Shown piece by piece: positions 1 to 11,880 of a DNA stretch of 64,000 nt. The notes under the pieces were generated by a model that saw only the letters and a program-made list of their open reading frames with translations, had not been told where the DNA came from and ran no database searches. Made by a program: the position numbers and the translations under genes. Every line of letters begins with the position of its first letter. Position 1 is the first letter of the stretch. Origin of the DNA: Macrostomum lignano (lineage: Eukaryota); NCBI GenBank assembly GCA_002269645.1, contig NIVC01000420.1, positions 496,001-560,000 on the forward strand, read 5' to 3'.

Positions 1-73
1 ACAGTAAATAATTTCTTCAAGGTGATTTTCTATCCAGCCTCAACTCCGTTGCAGAATCGCACAGAAACCTCAC

Positions 74-1830
74 CCGATCGTAGAGAGCATTGAGCGAAGC
101 CAAGAATGTCTCCGTCTTCTCCCGCTCTCGGGCCAATGCCTGTCTAGAGTCAACATCTCCGAGCAGACCAGATGCGTAATAAACCAGCTTAATAACTCGA
201 CAGACATCGCAAATCACTGCGTCTTCGTTTAAACTGCGCTCTGACTCCTCGCCAGCCTCATTCTCCATCAGTAGGCAGCGCAAAGTCAGGAGCTGCATCA
301 GCACTAGCAGCAGCATGCGCAGATCCTCCACTGTTTTGTGCCGGCACCAGAAATGAATCTGAGTTTCATTTGTGGTATTAATAACTAGATTATGCTGTAA
401 CTAATATTACGAATTATAATTTCAACGGAATGTATACTGAAACTATATGTTCAACGAGGCTATGGGAAATCCCTCGATTATACCCATGTACATTGTGACC
501 AACGGGAATCCCCTAGACTAAGCCCATGTACATTGAGACTAACGGGAATCCCCTAGACTACACCCATGTTCACTGAGACCAACGGGAATCCCTAGAAAGT
601 ATCCATGTACATTGAGACTATCGGAAATCCCTAGATCCCAACTAGTGTACATTGGATTCACTTGGAATCCTTATATTCTAGCCATGTACATTTGAAGAAT
701 CTAAATAGTACATAGATAGACAGTAGAGATAAAACTGGGGCTGACAAAAGAGACAGTCATAGGTGCAGATTCGAACTGAAGCAATGCACAATTTAGTATC
801 TAAACAATATTGCACGAACCAGGGCAGCCTGATGCTCTGTAGGCAGCCGACCAGCCAGCATGCATATTGACGGCACCACAGTTTCCATATTGTTCGGATC
901 GAATAGCACAGAGAATTCAAACAGTACAGCAGCGACGCACAGATGCAAGGGTCTAGGATGATCCGACAGTTCTAATCGTACTTGGCGGCAAAGAAAGTTC
1001 ACGGAACCGCACAGGGGATCCATCACGGATTTCTCGTAAGGAATCAACCGCGTGAGAGTGTGCACGCAGTGAACATCGATACGGGCCAGAGCATCGGCCG
1101 CATTCTTCTCAGACAGTTCGCTCTCGTGCTTCTCGTGGACACCGTCGTCGTCGACGCCGTGCGACGGTCTGAAAGCTTCGACGGTGCGCTCTGGCGAGGT
1201 GAACACGCTGCTGAGCAGGCGGATCAACGGCTGCTTGTCTGGCTGGCCGGACATCCGACGCAAGGTGGCCTCGTTGAACACTTCGTCAATTGGAGGAGGC
1301 GAAGGCAGCGGCTGCTGCTGCTGGTTAAGCCTAACCGACTCGCTCTGATTCTCATTCATAGCTGACGAATTATGGGACTCTACAGTTTGCATCCCCAGCA
1401 CCTCGCGGTTCGGTGTTGGAGCAAAAGCCACCGCTGCTGCTGCACCAACCTCGCTATCGTCAATGTCCATCATAGCCATTGCTGCCCCTTCGCTGACGCT
1501 ACCAACGCTGCTTCTGCTTTCGCCGCCTCCGCCGCTGCCGCCGCCGGAACTTTCCAGCACAATGGGCGGCGACACGGACCTCTTGCCTGAATTTGATGAA
1601 GTCTGCCTCACAAGACTGGCATTGCCGCAGACTGCAGTATCTGATTTGGCCAATTCTACAGCCAGCAAAGCTAAAGAATTATTATTTCCACCCAGTTGAG
1701 AGTGCCGAAACTGCTGACTAGATGCACAATGCGGACTCAAGCAGCTGGCGTCGCCGCATCCAACTGTGAGTCTTTGAAAATGATCTTTGATGCTGATGGC
1801 AATTCGTTCTCGAGATGAAGACGCTGCCAT
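74..1830 (-). CDS. UBE3A: UBE3A/E6AP-like HECT E3 ubiquitin ligase, 5' part only (gene continues beyond the left edge; HECT domain not in window)
   Basis: N-terminal AZUL zinc motif HFQRLTVGCGDASCLSPHCASS. Exon 1830-820 (donor CTG|GTTCGT) splices in phase 0 to exon 358-~74 (acceptor ctcag|ATT), giving AALIHFWCRHKTVEDLRML...NEDAVICDVCRVIKLVYYAS, which resembles the E6AP segment [20 protein letters not shown] (recalled). The exon 2 donor GTGAGG at 73 is inferred. Confidence 0.85.
464..670. repeat. ~40-bp minisatellite, about 5 copies, in UBE3A intron
   Basis: Repeated GGGAATCCC(C)TAGAC..CCCATGTACATTGAGAC.AAC units read directly. Confidence 0.8.
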
Positions 1831-3153
1831 TTGTCCTTTGATGCTTCTTATGCTCTAGAGAGACAGTCTTAGTAACTGGTTGAGTCCAATGAAAAATTAA
1901 TTAGTGGGCATTTTTGTATAGATATAATGGAAAACATTGATTTTGTTACATATCTTGCTTCAAGGTGAGAATGAGATTAAAAAGTTTTGGATTCTATTTA
2001 TATTCTTATAATCCCTATAGTGCAAATTTTAAATGGTTCAAATTAATATTGTTAACAAAAATTGATAATGCAATTTTTAATTAACATTACTATTGTTAAA
2101 CTCTGAAAGAAACCCTAAAGCAAAATTAACACAATTTTGGGTAAATGGCAAGAGTAACTATGACTGTCTTATTAAGGCTAAATGTCTCATTATTTAATAT
2201 ATAGAATTAGGCTTATAAAAAGCTATAGATCTAGCTATGTAAAAATTTATAGATATAAAGGTTTTTTAAGCAGAATATATAAATATAGATATTGTTATAG
2301 AAATATATATATCTTATCTTTAATTCTTATATTGGCCAACTCATAATTAAGACTTAGCTATTTTTCTTGTACAATTAATAAATGAGACCTATTATTATTA
2401 ATGACTAATAGCCTTAATTAGAAAAATGTTATAATATTTTTAATAGGGCCTACTTTGATTTAATATTTTATGATTTAATGATTTAATAAGTTCAATGTTA
2501 GAAGAGTTAAAAAGTATTTTTTTAAAAATATATGAAAATAAAAATATCTATAATTCTATATGGCTTAGATAATAAGCCTAGACTCCTAAAGAGGATTATA
2601 GTCAGTTTGGTGATAAGCAAAAGTCATTTTGATGACAAGAAAAATACCCTTTAGTACTACTAATAGCTATTTTGTTTTTAAAAAGTAAAATTACCTTGCA
2701 AATCTTAAGGGATCTCAAACCTTAACTTTTCAATCATTTTCTGTAATGGTTCAATTCCAAAGTTGCAATCTTTTGAATTTATATGTTTTCTAATCCAATT
2801 GAACCAATTGTCAATTATGTCTAGTCTAGTGAATATCCCTACTTTTCTCGTAGTTAGCATTTCATGAGGATTCTCTATAGGTTTATGGTTTATGTATTAT
2901 AAAGCACCTCCTATCACAAAGATGACTATACTTATTAATTTTTAATTTCTTATCAAAAATAAAGCATGTCTATAATAGAAGCAACTTTTCACTGAAACAA
3001 CTATTTGTCACCAAAATGTCTATCACTAAAATGACTTGTCACCAAAACAACTGGTACCTCCTAGAGAGAGGCTATATATTATATAGGCCCTATTATATAA
3101 TATTTCATAAGACATAGCATAGGCCTAAATAGGCCTAGGGGACTAATAATTTA

Positions 3154-3603
3154 GGCAGTTGTTATTTGTCCAGTGACCGGACGAATAGCCTTTTTGCTAT
3201 TTGTCCGGTTAAATTGCTAACACAAGTATTTTATTTGTTTTGTGATGAATATTCTAGATTTTTAAGACCTATTCTCGTATACTGATTAATATTTTCTTGT
3301 ATACTAGAGTGTTAAGCAAAGCAGTATATTATTCAATTTAGCATAATTTGGTATATAAGACACACACTAGTATAACAATATAATAATCAAGATATGAATA
3401 AGAAGTCTTTGAAGTCTATGAATATTTACCCTTGTGGTTTTTATGAACTAGATATTTTAGCATTATCAATTTAACCGGACAAATAACAAAATGTCTATTT
3501 GTCCAGTATTAACTGGATGAATAGGAAAACATGGTCAGGATCCAGTAACCAGACAAATAACCACATCGCTATTTGTCCGGTCACCGAACAAATAACAACT
3601 GCC
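3154..3603. mobile_element. Non-autonomous DNA transposon (MITE), Mutator/Foldback-like
   Basis: TIRs GGCAGTTGTTATTTGTCCAGTGACCGGACGAATAGC (from 3154) and GCTATTTGTCCGGTCACCGAACAAATAACAACTGCC (to 3603), with internal ATTTGTCCGGT subrepeats. Identical 9-bp flanks AATAATTTA at 3145-3153 and 3604-3612. Confidence 0.85.
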
Positions 3604-4297
3604 AATAATTTAATAAAACTAGGCCTAACAAAACCTAAAAAAAATAATAAATTGCAATTTAATCTATTCTAAGTCACTTAGATTTGGAACTAATCATTGA
3701 ATTTGCATTTAGGCCTAAGTCTTAAGCAAAAGCCAAAGCCCAAAGCCAAAGGTAGATTAAAAAATATGTTATGTATTTAACAAAGACCAAAATTTATTAG
3801 GGCCTATAACATAGGGAATAGATCCTAGGCCCCTATGCCTACAGAGCAATTTTCAACCAAACTAGAGTCTAGAATTATTAATGCCTACCTAAATTTTTGT
3901 TAGACCGATTACACTAAGCTCTAGACTCAGTCTTCTGGGGCTGGGCATGTTTAAGCATATGATTAGGGCCTACTCAACTCAAGACAAATCGGCCTAGGCC
4001 TAGGAAATCGAAAGGGAATAACTTATTAAGTTAAATAAGGCCCAAAGTTAATAATTTGAACTTTGTTCTAGTCAGCCACAGCCTGACTAGACAGGTAACA
4101 GGTTTAAAAACAATCCGGCTTTTCGCCTTTCGCCTTTTCTAATTTACAATACAATCAAATGACAAACCAAGCTGCAATAGGCCTGGGCTCCCAACAAAAA
4201 AATATTATGCTAAATTTGTAGCATCAATACGATATCCTTCTGTTCACATGACGAAGAGTCTGTTCATTTCGTTCAGTTCAGGTAGGCCTATACTTAC

Positions 4298-4978
4298 TTC
4301 TTGGAGGATCCTTTCGATATTCATCTCATCGGCCGGCGCAGCTTAATTTCAGTTCGTTCCGTGAAAGTCGATTCACACCGGCATTTCGCAATGCATGTCA
4401 AACACTTAAAAATGTCACTTTTATTGCTTAATTGCTTAAGATTAAGTTCAACAGCATTGTATTACAACTCCTTTATGAAAAAAACGAAACAAAATATTTT
4501 AATTTCTAGGAGGAGAAGGGTATTTAGCTCCTAAGGATTTACGAATATGTGTCTGGCTTAACAAATGATTCTTTCCTTTTACGTCGGTATAATTTTATTT
4601 AATGAATCTAGTAGATTTTTCAAGCGTAAGTCTAAAGTTTATGTCATATAACTTTTCAAAAGGTACAATTTTGAGCTTGTAAATAGAGTCACCTCTAGGC
4701 TTTAAATCGTACCTAATTTAGATTTTTTCATTCGATTGGGTAGGTCCGTGTGACGTGCATTTCGTATGTTTTGTGTTTTAGATCATGCGGATGGTTTTAA
4801 TTGTAATTGCTCGGTAATAATTTCTGAGTATAGTATCTATAACATCCAATGAAATTAATTGTCACATACTAAATAATGCAATAATTTATTGCTCAACTTT
4901 CAACGAAATCTAGCTAGTCCAAATTTCATTGAACCAGAAATTTCTTTTCTTATCATTATCCCTAGCAATATAAAGCTT
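4298..4978. promoter_or_regulatory. Putative shared (bidirectional) promoter region of UBE3A-like and CCDC175-like genes
   Basis: A minus-strand GTAAGT donor at 4297-4292 and acceptor ctctctag at 1856-1855, just upstream of the UBE3A ATG, imply a 5'UTR exon ending at 4298. The plus-strand ATG is at 4979. Confidence 0.4.
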
Positions 4979-7900
4979 ATGGAAGACGCTACGAACGCAA
5001 ATACATCCCTTGTTGAGGTCACAGAAGTTGTTGCTGCAGTAAAGCGACTGGGTGAACTGAGTAAGTCCTGTAATTGTCACTAAATTGTCACTTGAATATT
5101 AATTAATCAATTGCTGCATGGATCGGTAATTTGTATTTTAGGCGAAAGAATGCAAACGAAAGCACTCGGATTTAGTGAGAAAGACATTGGGCACATTGAC
5201 AACATTATCGATGCTCTTCATGAGCTGGTAAGAAAATTGCATATTATGATATTACAACCTCCTGGTCCCATAAATTAGGCGGTTTAATCAATCTAATTAA
5301 AAATGCGCCTTTTGACAGGAATTACACAAATGCAACGCAAAGGACGTATTGGAGACAGAGACAATTAAATGCGCTGCTGTACGGCACAAACTGATGCACT
5401 TTCCGGACGAGATCAACAGAGAAATTCACGGTAAATTCAAGTGCATTGGCTGTCTAGAATCTAAATTTGTTATTCTCACTTTATGTTTTTTTAATCTGGA
5501 CACTTTTTAGAAGCTGTACTGGCTGCCAGACAGAGCAATGAGGCCTTCATCGACCGAGTCAAGAAGCAACTGGAACAATTGCAATGCGAAACTGACCAAG
5601 TGGAACAGCAGGCAACTAAAGTTGAGGCAGAGAACAACGCGCTAAGGTCGGGGAATTGCTTCTAATTGCTTTTAAATGCTTTTAAATGCAGCTATTAGCT
5701 AAGTTTATGGAATTCTATTGAAGATTCAATTATTTAATTTTCTAGTCCAGATCTCACCTCGGTACAACTTCTTGAAGAAAAAATAGACACTCAATTAAAT
5801 TTCCGTATCCTTGATGTTGTTGCATCATCGTTTTACTCTTCTAATAGTGGTTCCTATGTACTAAAACTTATGTACTAAAAGTACATTGAGCTTCCGTAAA
5901 ATTTACAGGCCGGAACTTGACAGCCTCAAAGAGGCTCACGACGCTAATTTCGTCCGCCTTAACGAGCTCCTGGCAGAGAAGGCTGCCAGACAGATCGAAT
6001 TGAATGAAATGCGCGAATCCATTCGCAGAGCGAGCTCAAGGATTGTAGACCTAGAAGAGGACACGGTGCTGCTGGCTGAGCAAATAGTTAAAGAGCGGCA
6101 GCAATACGCGGACACCATGCGGAGCATTCGGGAACAAACGGTGATGACGGAGAATGGAATATGTAATATAAGGGGGGGGGGCAGAGCAGCTCTGCGGTAA
6201 ACTGCGGTAATTCACACAAACTTATGGCAGCTTACTACATGGTAATTGTGCAGTGAAGTGGCAATGAAAATGATGGGGCAAAGTAGTGATAATAATACTA
6301 CTGAATTGAAAGTAGTAGGATAACAAAAATGCTAATGCTGTCCTCATGCTTTCATATACAGGTTTTTCAATGTCGTGCAACTTTGGATGCATACAGAAGC
6401 TGATTGATGGACATTGTCACATGCAGTGTACCTTGGTTACACGTATACAGTCTAGTAACCGTTTCTAAAACATAATTATTCATTACACAGTCTGAAGTCG
6501 AACACCAGTTGAAAGACTGCACCGACAAAGAGGACAAGAAGCGTCGAGAATTTCTGGCTGTTCACGCCACCCTCGAAGAGTCGAAATCCGAACTGGGTGA
6601 TCTTGTTCAGGTTCGTATAGTTTCAAGGCTTATTAACGATATAGATAAATACATGAACTCGACAATTAAATGCCTCAGTTAGACTCTCACGTACTGTTTG
6701 ACTGCCTTAAGACCTGTAAGGGTTTGGTTAGGGTTTGGTTAGGGTTTGGTTAGGGTTTGGTTAGGTTTTGGTTAGGATTAGGTTTAGGGTCATAACTAGG
6801 GTCAAAGATCATATAAACACCGGCAATATAAGATCTATGCTTGCGGTTTGGGTATGGTTTAGGGTTAGGATTAGGGCTTGATTAGTGTCGTTGGTTAGAT
6901 AGTGGCACATCGACAGCTGCAGATTTTCTTAGAAATCAACTTCATGTCGACAAGAATAATATACTTAAAAGGCAAACTTAAATTGCATTACACCCTAATT
7001 TTTGGCCTGACGAAGAGCCCAGAGGCTTGAAACCGGTAGCCTATACTCGTATACTAAATTTTTAACACGCCGTGAGCTCGAGCTCTCTCTCCCTCTCTCT
7101 CTCCCCCTCTCTCTCCCTCTCTCTCTCTTAGTTATACCGAATCGACAAGGGAGCAAGAGGATGTTTTTTATTCGTGATTGATTAAAAGTTTATCAAAAAA
7201 ATGGTAGAAGTTCAAATATAGCACCAAGCAGCAATTTTTTTCCTGCCGTTTAATCTAAACAAAATCAAATCTGCATCTACCAGATAAATATAAAAAATGA
7301 TTTCAGGAGCACAACTCACTTGAGCACGGCATCGCAATGCTGCAAGTGCAACATCAGGACTCGGTCAAGCAGCAGGCGCAGGTTCAAGCAAAAAGTCAAC
7401 AGTTAAAAACTAACATGTAAATTAATTAGGCTTCGCAACTAATGCCCATTCAAGCTACTATAAGTAGAAATAACGCTAATTACCATACAAAATTTTTTCC
7501 AGCGAAGCTCTTTCCACACAGAGCCGAGTGCTGGAAGCAGAGCACCAGACTCAGGTGGCAGAGATGCAGAAGACTCTAGAAGATCTGGAGGTCAAAACTC
7601 AGCAGCAGACAGTTAAGAAAGAGAAGGTTGTGGCGCAAAAGACTGAAGTTACAGGTATGTACAGCATTGTATTTTGATGCAAATTCAGACAAAACTGATG
7701 CATCTCGTTTTCAATAAACTCCACTTCCTCCCAGCCCGCACTGTTGCGGTGGCAACCAAAGTCAAAGAGGAGACTTCCAAGGATTCAGAGGAGAAGAAGC
7801 AGATGTGAGCAGGTTTTCGTCGATAGTTTTCAAACAAACTGAAACAGCGAAGCGCACATTAAAATTCATTTTGCAGCCTCGCACAGGCCAAAAAAGCTGT

Positions 7901-10795
7901 GGCAGCAAAAGAATCCGACTTAGTGAAGATGAGGCAAGAGATTCTGGACATGGAGGGTCGCCACGCTGAGCTGGAGGATGCTGAGAGGCAGGTTTCTCAA
8001 ATACTTATTTTTACTGATTTAAATAAAATTTCAAAGATTCTTGAATTTTTTATAGGGCCGAAAAGGAAGGATGGATTAATCCTGCGGAATTACTCGAAAG
8101 GTGAGCATTTGAATAGCGCAGATGAATGATTAAAGTACGTCGTACTTCTGAAGGCCTGTTAATGTTACTCCTCGATACCCCATCTAGCTCAAATAATTTT
8201 TGTTTTTTTTAGTTTTTTGCTCGTAGTTAATCAGCAGCATCAATTTTTGTTCAAACAATAGTAGATTTATAAGTTTACTTTGAGAATCTCGTACTTAATG
8301 TCTGAATTAGCCTACTAATTTTGTCAGTAGTATTAATTGGAATTAACAATATTATTCTTATTTGCGTGAAAAAATCGTCAGCGGCTCTGAAAAGCTGGTC
8401 CACTTCATGGAGTCACGTGATCAGCAGGAAACTGCCAACGTCTCAGAGGAAGCGTCTGCGATGCCTTCGGCCACTGTGATGGAGATTCAGGACACCATCG
8501 AGATGCACAGGCGCCGGCGGCAGCAGCGGGAGGCCCGCCTAGCCAAGGAGGCTGGCGGCAGGCCTGCGCTGTTCCGCAGGGCCACAGAGTTTGACATGTG
8601 CGAGGCTGTTGATGGGGCATTTCCTTGATCGTGGATTTACTCGCTTCTCTTGTGTGCGTGTGTGTGTGTTGTCATTTGAAACGTTTGATTTTTTTCCATG
8701 CACATCAGATGTAATTGTGAAGTGTTGCACTTTACTTGACAGATTTCAAATTTTTATATTCGTCATCTGAAACTTTTATTTTACTTTTTTGGGGCTTCTA
8801 TTGATCAGGCTTATATCTTAATTTCCTCTACAGTGTAAAATTCATTGTTGAAATCTGCTTTAAAATTCTCTTTGCAGCAACAGCGTCTTGGGCTTCAATC
8901 GACAAATTGCCGAGTGGAAAGAAAAACTGGAGCAAGAAACAGCTGAAAGGTGAGTTCTTTCGTCAAAGGTTACGGTTAAGATTGTCACAAATAACCGAAC
9001 ACAATAAATCTGGAAAGATAGATGAATACACCAAAAAGCAGAAAAGAAAAAATCCACGTTCTAATAATTAAAAATTACGACATACGCACATGATGATCTG
9101 AGAATAGAAAATTATAAAAAAAACATCCACTGTTCTAAAAATAGAAAATGACGCAGTGCGCACCCTTTGATCTAAAAATATAAAATGACGAAGTGTACAT
9201 CGAGTGTTCTAAAAATAGAAAATGGCGCTATGCACATCCACTGTTCCCATTATATCTAATAACTGAACAAAGATAGCTCAGAAACCTAAGCTTCATCAAC
9301 AGGCTGACAGTCCAATCTGTCAGCGAGAAACTACAGGCCGATATAAAAGAGTTCAACGCGAATGAAGCGGCCGAAACTTCAGCGATCAATCAAGAGATAG
9401 ACAAGTTGAAACACGAGAAGGCTGCTCTTGAGGCTGAGGTAAGAATCGCGTGAGAGTATATGGTATTGATTTTTCCAATGAAGATCTCCAGAAGTCAATG
9501 GTAGATGCTCACTTTGATAAATAAAACCGACATTGCAGCAAGCCAGACTTCAATCGGCGATGCGTGCCGACGAAGCGCGTCAGTCCACGCTGGCCGATCG
9601 GCTCCAAGACGAACGGCGCCAACTGGAGGAATGGCGCTCGGCGCGCGAAGCCGAAGCTGAGGCTCTGACCGTCGAGATTGAACGACTGCGCCAAGAGGCG
9701 GCCAGTCGCGCCGCTGAATTGGAAGATTTGGCACCAAAATTTGCCGAATTCGAGGACTTCTACCGCCGCTCCATCAGCGACTATGACGCCTTGAAGCGGA
9801 GTCTGGTGGCTATGAAGAATCGCAAGGCCGGTCTTGAAGCTTCGTCGAACAAAGCCGGTCATGAGATCGACCGGCTGACGCAGGAGATCGCCAGACTTCA
9901 ACGCGACAAGGAGCTGCGGAGGGCGCAGTCAGCCCAGGAGCTGGAGAGCATGGCGGATGACCGAGTCAAACTGGAGCTGGAGATCTACGTGCTGGGCTGC
10001 AAACTGCAGACTGTGCTGGCTGAGAATGCCAAACTGACGAGTGGCGTTGACAGGTGAGCTACTGCAGTTGCCTTGAAACGAAACGAAACGAAATTTAAGT
10101 CACACTTGGTCAGGCTAGCAGTTCTGACCATTCCGCTGATCTCTGCACCCAGACTCTCAAGGATCACGTACATAGGCACGCACTCATACAGTGTGTACAG
10201 CGGCACTGACTCCCCCCCCCCCTCCTAAGGGATGTACGCACCCTGTACCCTCATGAATAGAGCAACAAGCTTGTAGGCCAATATTCGAGGGTACACGGGT
10301 ACATGAGAGCGAGAGTTAGTCCCGTTGCGGGCTCTGCTATCTCACCTTCTGGACCAAATCAAGAAATAATATGCATTGCTAGAGGTGCGCTCAGAAGTGC
10401 ACTCTGAAAAAATATTATTTCCTTCTGCTTGATTTGTCCACGTTTAGATGTCAAATGTTAAATATGATTTTCTGATTTTATTTAACCATTTCGACAGGCT
10501 GGAACGACAGATGCGAACAATGCAGAGCTCCTGGGAACGAGCTGTCCCGACCAAGGCTCGAACTGAGCAGCATCGAGGCCGGCTGGCTGTCCAGCTCGAG
10601 TCCGGACGCCGGAGAGACTTTCAACTGGCCGAGGAGTTCCAGAACAAGGATCGGCGGCACTTCCTGACTGCTCTCGCAGCCATCATCAATGACACGGAAG
10701 CGCGGCAGGCCGTCGTGGAGGCGGTCGCCGATAAGCTCGAATCTGAACTGGACTGTTTGGACGAATTTTTGAAAACTTCTAAGGATGATAATTAA
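4979..10795 (+). CDS. CCDC175: CCDC175-like long coiled-coil protein, 14 exons, about 725 aa
   Basis: Exons 4979-5060, 5142-5227, 5319-5430, 5511-5646, 5909-6140, 6491-6610, 7307-7381, 7522-7654, 7735-7804, 7877-7987 (GC donor), 8878-8949, 9303-9438, 9539-10053, 10498-10795; total 2178 nt, phases consistent. Heptad-rich. Segments such as VLETETIKCAAVRHKLMHFPDEINREIHEAVLAARQSN and HDANFVRLNELLAEKA resemble CCDC175 as recalled. Confidence 0.7.
6719..6790 (+). repeat. Telomere-like 11-bp repeat (TTAGGG+TTTGG)n, about 5 copies, intronic
   Basis: AGGGTTTGGTT units read directly, with scattered TTAGGG to about 6880. Confidence 0.75.
7004..7041 (+). ncRNA. Minimal type I hammerhead ribozyme motif (Penelope-like-element style)
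   Basis: GGC-CTGACGA-AGAGCC-CAGA-GGCTT-GAAA-CCGG-TA^GCC: both core boxes, helix II, palindromic ACCGGT helix III, GUA cleavage triplet and a 3-bp helix I (GGC/GCC). Confidence 0.7.
9054..9245. repeat. Degenerate ~39-bp tandem repeat, intronic
   Basis: Recurrent (C/G)TGTTCTAAAAATAGAAAATG(A/G)CG..G.GCACA motif. Confidence 0.55.
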
Positions 10796-11127
10796 TTCGA
10801 TTTTATTGGTCTTATATAGCTGCAATACTGGCTAGATAAGTCGCAGAAACCATATTTACTACTAAGCTACTGTCAGTTTTGTAGTAAGTACTGCTTTTGT
10901 CAATCGTAAGTTTAAACGGGCCAATCAATTTTGAAATTGCGTAGGGTCGAAGCGTATCATAGATTCATATACTATAGTAACTATACTACTCGTACGTTTA
11001 TTTTATTGTATTCTTTTTTAAAATTACTATATTGCTAATCAAACTATAGGTTGAGAGAGAGAGAGAGAGCAAAACAACTCAACCTAGCCCCGCCCCCAGC
11101 GCGCACACAGGCCAAGCTATCACAATT

Positions 11128-11316
11128 AGGCTTAGTGGTCACTTCTCTGTCCCATTTTATAGCCCAACCCCACGCTGTGGGGAGGGGGTTTAAGCTAGTC
11201 GTCACTTCTCTGCCCCATTTTATTGCCCAAACCCACGCTTTGGGGAGGTGAGTTTAAGCTAGTCGTCACTTCTCTGCCCCATTTTATTACGCTGTGGGGA
11301 AGGGGGTTTAATCTAG
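11128..11316. repeat. 64-bp tandem repeat, about 3 copies
   Basis: AAGCTAGTCGTCACTTCTCTGCCCCATTTTAT...CACGCTGTGGGGAGG recurring at 11128, 11192 and 11256. Confidence 0.75.
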
Positions 11317-11880
11317 AACGTATGTACATATGTACACATATGTACACCAATCCTGTACTGATAAAAGTTTAATGCGGGAGTCACGTGCCGACACAGCGTC
11401 TGTATCGATACCTATCGTTTTCTTAATCTACTGAATTGACAGTAGTGTAGAGTGAAAAATACGAGCGAAACACAAACCTATTTTAACTGTTGTAGAGATT
11501 TTTCGTCCCTGGCTTTCTTTGTTTTACAATTCTCTATCTAGTCAATTACTACTGATCTAGCCAAATCCTTTTCCTTGTCGTATATTTTATCGTTTATAAT
11601 TTTAAGCTCTAAGGTTGTTTTGTTATTTTTTTTACTAGGCACTCTAATTCTAGTCGCCTATATGCATTATTTTATGTCTTGCAACAAACATTTTACGAGT
11701 TTTTTACGAGTAAATTCTAAATTACTATTCAAGTTAAATTATTGAATTGTGAAATTGAAAATATAAAAATAAATATTTCTCTTGAGGATTTTCCCTCAGC
11801 CTTAATTTTGATTCAACCTTGAATATTGATGGCACGAACTGGTTCCGCGATTGTTCTTTTCGCGTGACAGTATGTTACCT

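Noticed and set aside
2597-3055. Possible second MITE (inverted TTGTCACCAAAATGAC-like motifs)
   Set aside because: Arms are degenerate and I found no target-site duplication.
10240-10300. Intronic hairpin (ACCCTGTACCCTC / GAGGGTACACGGGT)
   Set aside because: Short imperfect stem with a large loop; no miRNA, snoRNA or TIR/TSD features I can support.
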